This document shows, piece by piece, positions 59,828 through 64,000 of a DNA stretch of 64,000 bases; the stretch's first letter is position 1, and each line of letters opens with the position of its first letter. The position numbers were made by a program, and so were the translations under genes. The notes beneath the pieces were generated by a model. That model saw only the letters and a program-made list of their open reading frames with translations. It was not told where the DNA came from and made no database searches. The stretch lies in the NCBI GenBank assembly GCA_000182565.2, contig KQ257452.1; one strand, given 5' to 3'. The stretch is from Spizellomyces punctatus DAOM BR117 (taxonomy: Eukaryota).

Positions 59828-62800
59828 ATGCCCCTACACAAAAGGAAACCTGTGGAAATTCTACCACTTCCAACCCTGCCTGAAGGTGACGGTGAAGAGG
59901 TCTGGCAAGTACGAACGACGGGAGAAATCTTTCAGAATTACGAGTAAGTATCAGAATGGGGACATATATATTGGCGTCGTCCTCCGCGGTCGCGTTCTAC
60001 TCGATTGTGTGTGGTCCTTGACATGCCATGTCGGGTCAGATCCTGCGCATTCGGGAGCAGCAGTCGCCGAAAAATCATTGTCTTTGCGTGGATATGTGCA
60101 CTGTTGAATGACTAGACTACTTTCTGTTGCAGAGATTACGTCGCCAGATACAATTTTCTTCGAAAAAAACAATTCGCTTGCGCTAAAACTGGCCGGTCAA
60201 ACCTAACCTATGAGGATGCTCTCATATCTGAACAGGAAGCCACAAGAAGAGTTGAAGAGAACTTTCCTGAGGTCTGGCGTAGACCTGCTATGGAAATCAT
60301 TCACTACAGTGAGTATGTTTCTGTTGTGATTCCGCAAAAGTCCTGCTCATCCAATTGTTTATGTTAGGTATGGAGAAGCTTAATTCTCTTGTAGATCATT
60401 TATATGATTTTTTCAAAGACAGAATATTTGTGGGAGAGTATATCTATATTGACGTTGAAGGCACGCTGGCGCTTGCAAAAGTCTTGGAGGAGATTCGCAA
60501 TGTCCGGGACGGGAACGGGTTCGTCTACACAAATGGCGCGAATGATAAAGGGGTCGATGTAGAGGGAAACGATAAAAGTGGATATCGCTATCGTGTCAAT
60601 CTCGTGGATGATCAATATGAACTACTGTCAATGGAAGATATGGATGGGGATCTCGCTGTCGAGTATGAACTTCCCGCTTCACAGCTGAAACGTGATCGTC
60701 AGATCTTGTCGAAACAAAACTTCAAGAAATTTATTAGAGATGTTGCGACGAAGGATATGTGGGTTGGGGCACCGTGGACAGTGAGGTCAGAGTTCCTTAA
60801 GCGGTATAGCGTTCCCGATACTCCACCTCCCGCAGTACGAGAGCTACTTGACGAGCGACATAGGAAGCTTACGGGTGATACCAAGCCCGTTCACAAGAAA
60901 AAGGCCGCTGACAATGGTGGTACCGATAAGGGAAGTCCAAGAAAAGGTAAACAAAGGGCCAACGATGATTCGGAACTGGATGATGATTTAAAGAAGAAAG
61001 GCCGATCAAGAAAGTCATCGACTTCTAAGCGGGGGGAAACCCCTCCGAAATCGAAAGCTAAGCCATTGCGCTTTCCAATGGAAGACCTAGAGTTATTGAA
61101 ATTGGCACCTCGTCCCAAGAGTCTAGGGATACCGGACCGTCCAGAACCTTCCCGCGACTTTGGCGAAATACCCGAGCACCTCACAACCGCTTTAATGGAA
61201 GTATGGACATTCCTCGCTGTGTATGGAAAGCCACTTCAACTGTATCCATTTACCTTGGACGAATTCATCAAATCACTGTCACATCAAGCTGCACATCCGA
61301 GGGCAGTCCTAATTCACGAGGCATTCGGGTCTCTTCTTGCTGTAGCATGTCAGGAGTGGAGCAATAAACTGGACGCAAGTGCTACTCATGTCATTCCAAT
61401 ACCGGACTTTGCGAGCATTGATCCCACTAAAGCGACACCGGGTGAATTGTTCTTGCTCGATAAACGAGAAGCTGTGGAACAGTACAAAGCTGTTTATCAG
61501 GCGCTCACTGACGATGAGAAGGCAGCACTGGATCAGTGGTGGAAGTGGGAACCGGGGAGATGGTCCACAGGTTACGAATCGCAGAAAGTGAACGCCTATG
61601 GATCTGGCAAACAGGGTCCCGGGGCCGGCCGGTTGAAAGCCTGGGAGATTGTTCTCGCTGGAGTCGTAAGAGATTGGTTACAGCTTGAGCGCTTCCCGCG
61701 CAAATGGGCCATTGTATCTCACTTACTAGGCGGCCTAAGACAACAAGAGGACCAAGTTGATGTAACGGATGAACAGGATGATATCGCGATGGAGGAGGAA
61801 GATATAGATATCAACGGAAGTGCAACGCCGGAGCGGAACGTTACACCCATGGAAACAGACAATGATGAAGAGGATGTGCCTCGACCGTTTGGCCTACGGA
61901 AACGGCGCCGCAAAGATGATGAGGATGATGACTTTGTTTTCGATAAGAAGGAAGAACAGGGTTCGACTAGAAGCAAGCGTCGCGCTCGTCAGCCAGTTGA
62001 CACTATACCGGCCAATGGGTCTCGATCGAAAACTCGAGCTGCAGCTAAAGCGAAAGCCGACGCTGCTTTGGCCTTTGACCGATTGTGCCAGTCCACGGAG
62101 TCTGGATTCCTCTCTCTCAGTTGTAATGACCGGTTAGAGCTATTGTCATTTCTGGTGCGCGATTGTGTGGGACAAAGCTCTCTCATCCGCGGATATGTCG
62201 ATGAGTGTATCGAAAAAAGTTTCGAATTGAAAAAGGAAAAAAGAGAAATAGCGAAAGAACGCAAAGATCTGTAAGTTTTTATCATGTTATCGGCTTCGAA
62301 CGGCTGTCTTATAGACTCTCTGTGCTGTCATAGCTTAATCATGCGCGCTGAGTTTGAGAGTCGCGATCGTGGGGATTCACCATTGAATGACGGCGAAAAT
62401 GGTGTTGTTGCGTCAGCATTGATTGGTGCCTCAGAAGGGCAAGAGGTCATCGACGACGCTGGAAATTCAAGCTCAAACAGTTCAGATGAAGAGTCGCCTA
62501 GGTATTTATCTGTGCACAGGATGGTGTTACTCCCTCGCTGTATATTCGTGGTTTTTTCTAATGCACGAGAACTTAGGGCGTCCAGGTCACGGCATACATC
62601 ACGTGTGCAGAAACTGAGGGAGGAGCAGGCTCGACGGGAGGAGGAAGACCGTCGAAGGCGGCAAGAATATGAACAAATGCGACGCCACAGCAGAGCCCGA
62701 CAAAAGGAGCAACGAGCGCGTGCGGAGGTGAGGCGGAAACATTTTACTGCGACTTTCTTTTTCTGCCCCTTTTAACAAAGATCAACGACAAATGTACAGG

Positions 62801-63565
62801 AACGTAAAAAGATTGAGGAACAGGAACGAGTCCTTGCTCGCCGCGAGTTGACGGTCGACTATCAACTGCGCGTCCTGACGGCCGCTTCACGGCTCAAACC
62901 ACTCGGTCGAGATCGATATTGGAATCGGTATTGGTGGTTTGATCCATCACTCGGGTCATCATTCGAGACCGACGCGAATAATGCAAAGAGCAAGACTAGG
63001 GCTCGAGGAGGACAGGCTCAATCGGGGCAATTGGATTGGGTTTCAGGCAGGCTTTTTGTGGAGGACGTCGGCTTGGAACCAAGAACAATCCTTCAGGATG
63101 ACGAGCAGGATGTTGTGAAGCAAGGACTGACGCATGGTGTGTGGGGTTTCTATAGCGAGCCACATCAGGTATAAGCGAATTGCACTATGTCTCATCCTCG
63201 GGTCTCTTGGCTGACATTTGATATTCAGATCGAACAGCTTCTTACCTGGCTGGATCCGCGCGGTGTACGGGAGTTGAGCCTCAAGACCACGGTAGAGCGA
63301 CTGGCAGAGCACATCACTGCAGGCATGCAACGACGCAATGAGGTTTGTCCGATAATTGACGTCTTGATATCCTACCCAGCGTATTTACAACTTTACCTTT
63401 CTGTAGGACATCACTGCAGCGATTGCCCGACAAGAAGTTATGTCCTCCCGGCGACCCACGCGGAGCACACGGACGTCTGTGGGTGGCACGGATAACGATG
63501 GGGCCGACGGGGAAGGACTAATATGGGAGTCGTACCTGGACTATACAAATCGGTGGGCAAAGTAG
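59828..63565 (+). CDS. ITC1: ISW2-complex subunit Itc1 / ACF1-like (WAC, DDT, WHIM/WSD domains)
   Basis: MPLHKRKP...VWQVRTTGEIFQNYE, C..TGRSNLTYEDALISE, LMEVWTFLAVYGKPLQLYPFTLDEF, PLGRDRYWNRYWWF, WLDPRGVRE, YTNRWAK. Confidence 0.9.
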
Positions 63566-63871
63566 CGCACATCCTTTTAGAGTGTCTAGGCATGTTTTTG
63601 GTTCTGTCAAGTCTATATTTTTGTGTGAACATGTTTAATGTGGGGGCCTTTTTGCAAAAGTGATCTGTATATAATAGAACGGCGACTCTGCATTGGTGAT
63701 TGCTCTTCTTTCCTATTCCTTCTATCCGCTACAGCTATCTCTTACATTCTACATTTGTCATTATGACTTATCTACAGTAAGGAACCTGCCTATAACGAGA
63801 CGTAGGACTCGCGTAATAGCAATACAATGCGCCATGCAGAGACGTTTCAGTAGATTTGGTCGCAGGGGAAC

Positions 63872-64000
63872 TTAGGATGCAACCACGGAGACGTTCCTTG
63901 CGATACCATCTGCCTCATTGCTCACATCCCTCTCAGTCTCTGGATTCGAAAGAGCAGACAACCCAACCATTCTTCCAACATCCATTTCATCCAACATTCT
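63872..64000 (-). CDS. 3' end of an unidentified gene (partial, runs off the window)
   Basis: Open frame RMLDEMDVGRMVGLSALSNPETERDVSNEADGIARNVSVVAS* ending at 63872. Confidence 0.4.
   Translation of the reverse strand, partial: RMLDEMDVGRMVGLSALSNPETERDVSNEADGIARNVSVVAS

Noticed and set aside
59943-60132. snoRNA or riboswitch in the 190-bp first intron of ITC1
   Set aside because: No convincing C/D or H/ACA boxes and no TPP core were seen by eye; an Rfam search would be needed.

Overview
Gene-dense eukaryotic (fungal) DNA with short GT-AG introns. The mix of fungal genes (ITC1, AIM19, TGL1/PEP4 types) with genes shared with flagellated lineages (TEX47-like, TTC14-like, SPIDR-like, GBP-type GTPase) suggests a zoosporic (chytrid-like) fungus; this is inference. 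Bases ~1-3500 are a CpG-depleted, decayed repeat island. The rest holds about 25 genes, mostly housekeeping, reconstructed by hand from splice sites. The most unusual observations: (1) a GBP/atlastin-class GTPase with an N-terminal signal peptide, three C-terminal hydrophobic helices and an altered G4 motif; (2) long introns in two neighbouring genes that open with degenerate telomere-like hexamers, plus two ~90-bp hairpin-containing tandem arrays in the WD40 gene introns; (3) an exon-scale C-to-G/T skew that resets at introns; (4) a candidate poison 3' splice site in SRRM1; (5) a short SPIDR-like protein missed by the ORF track. Family calls come from recognised motifs, not database searches, and some start codons are approximate.
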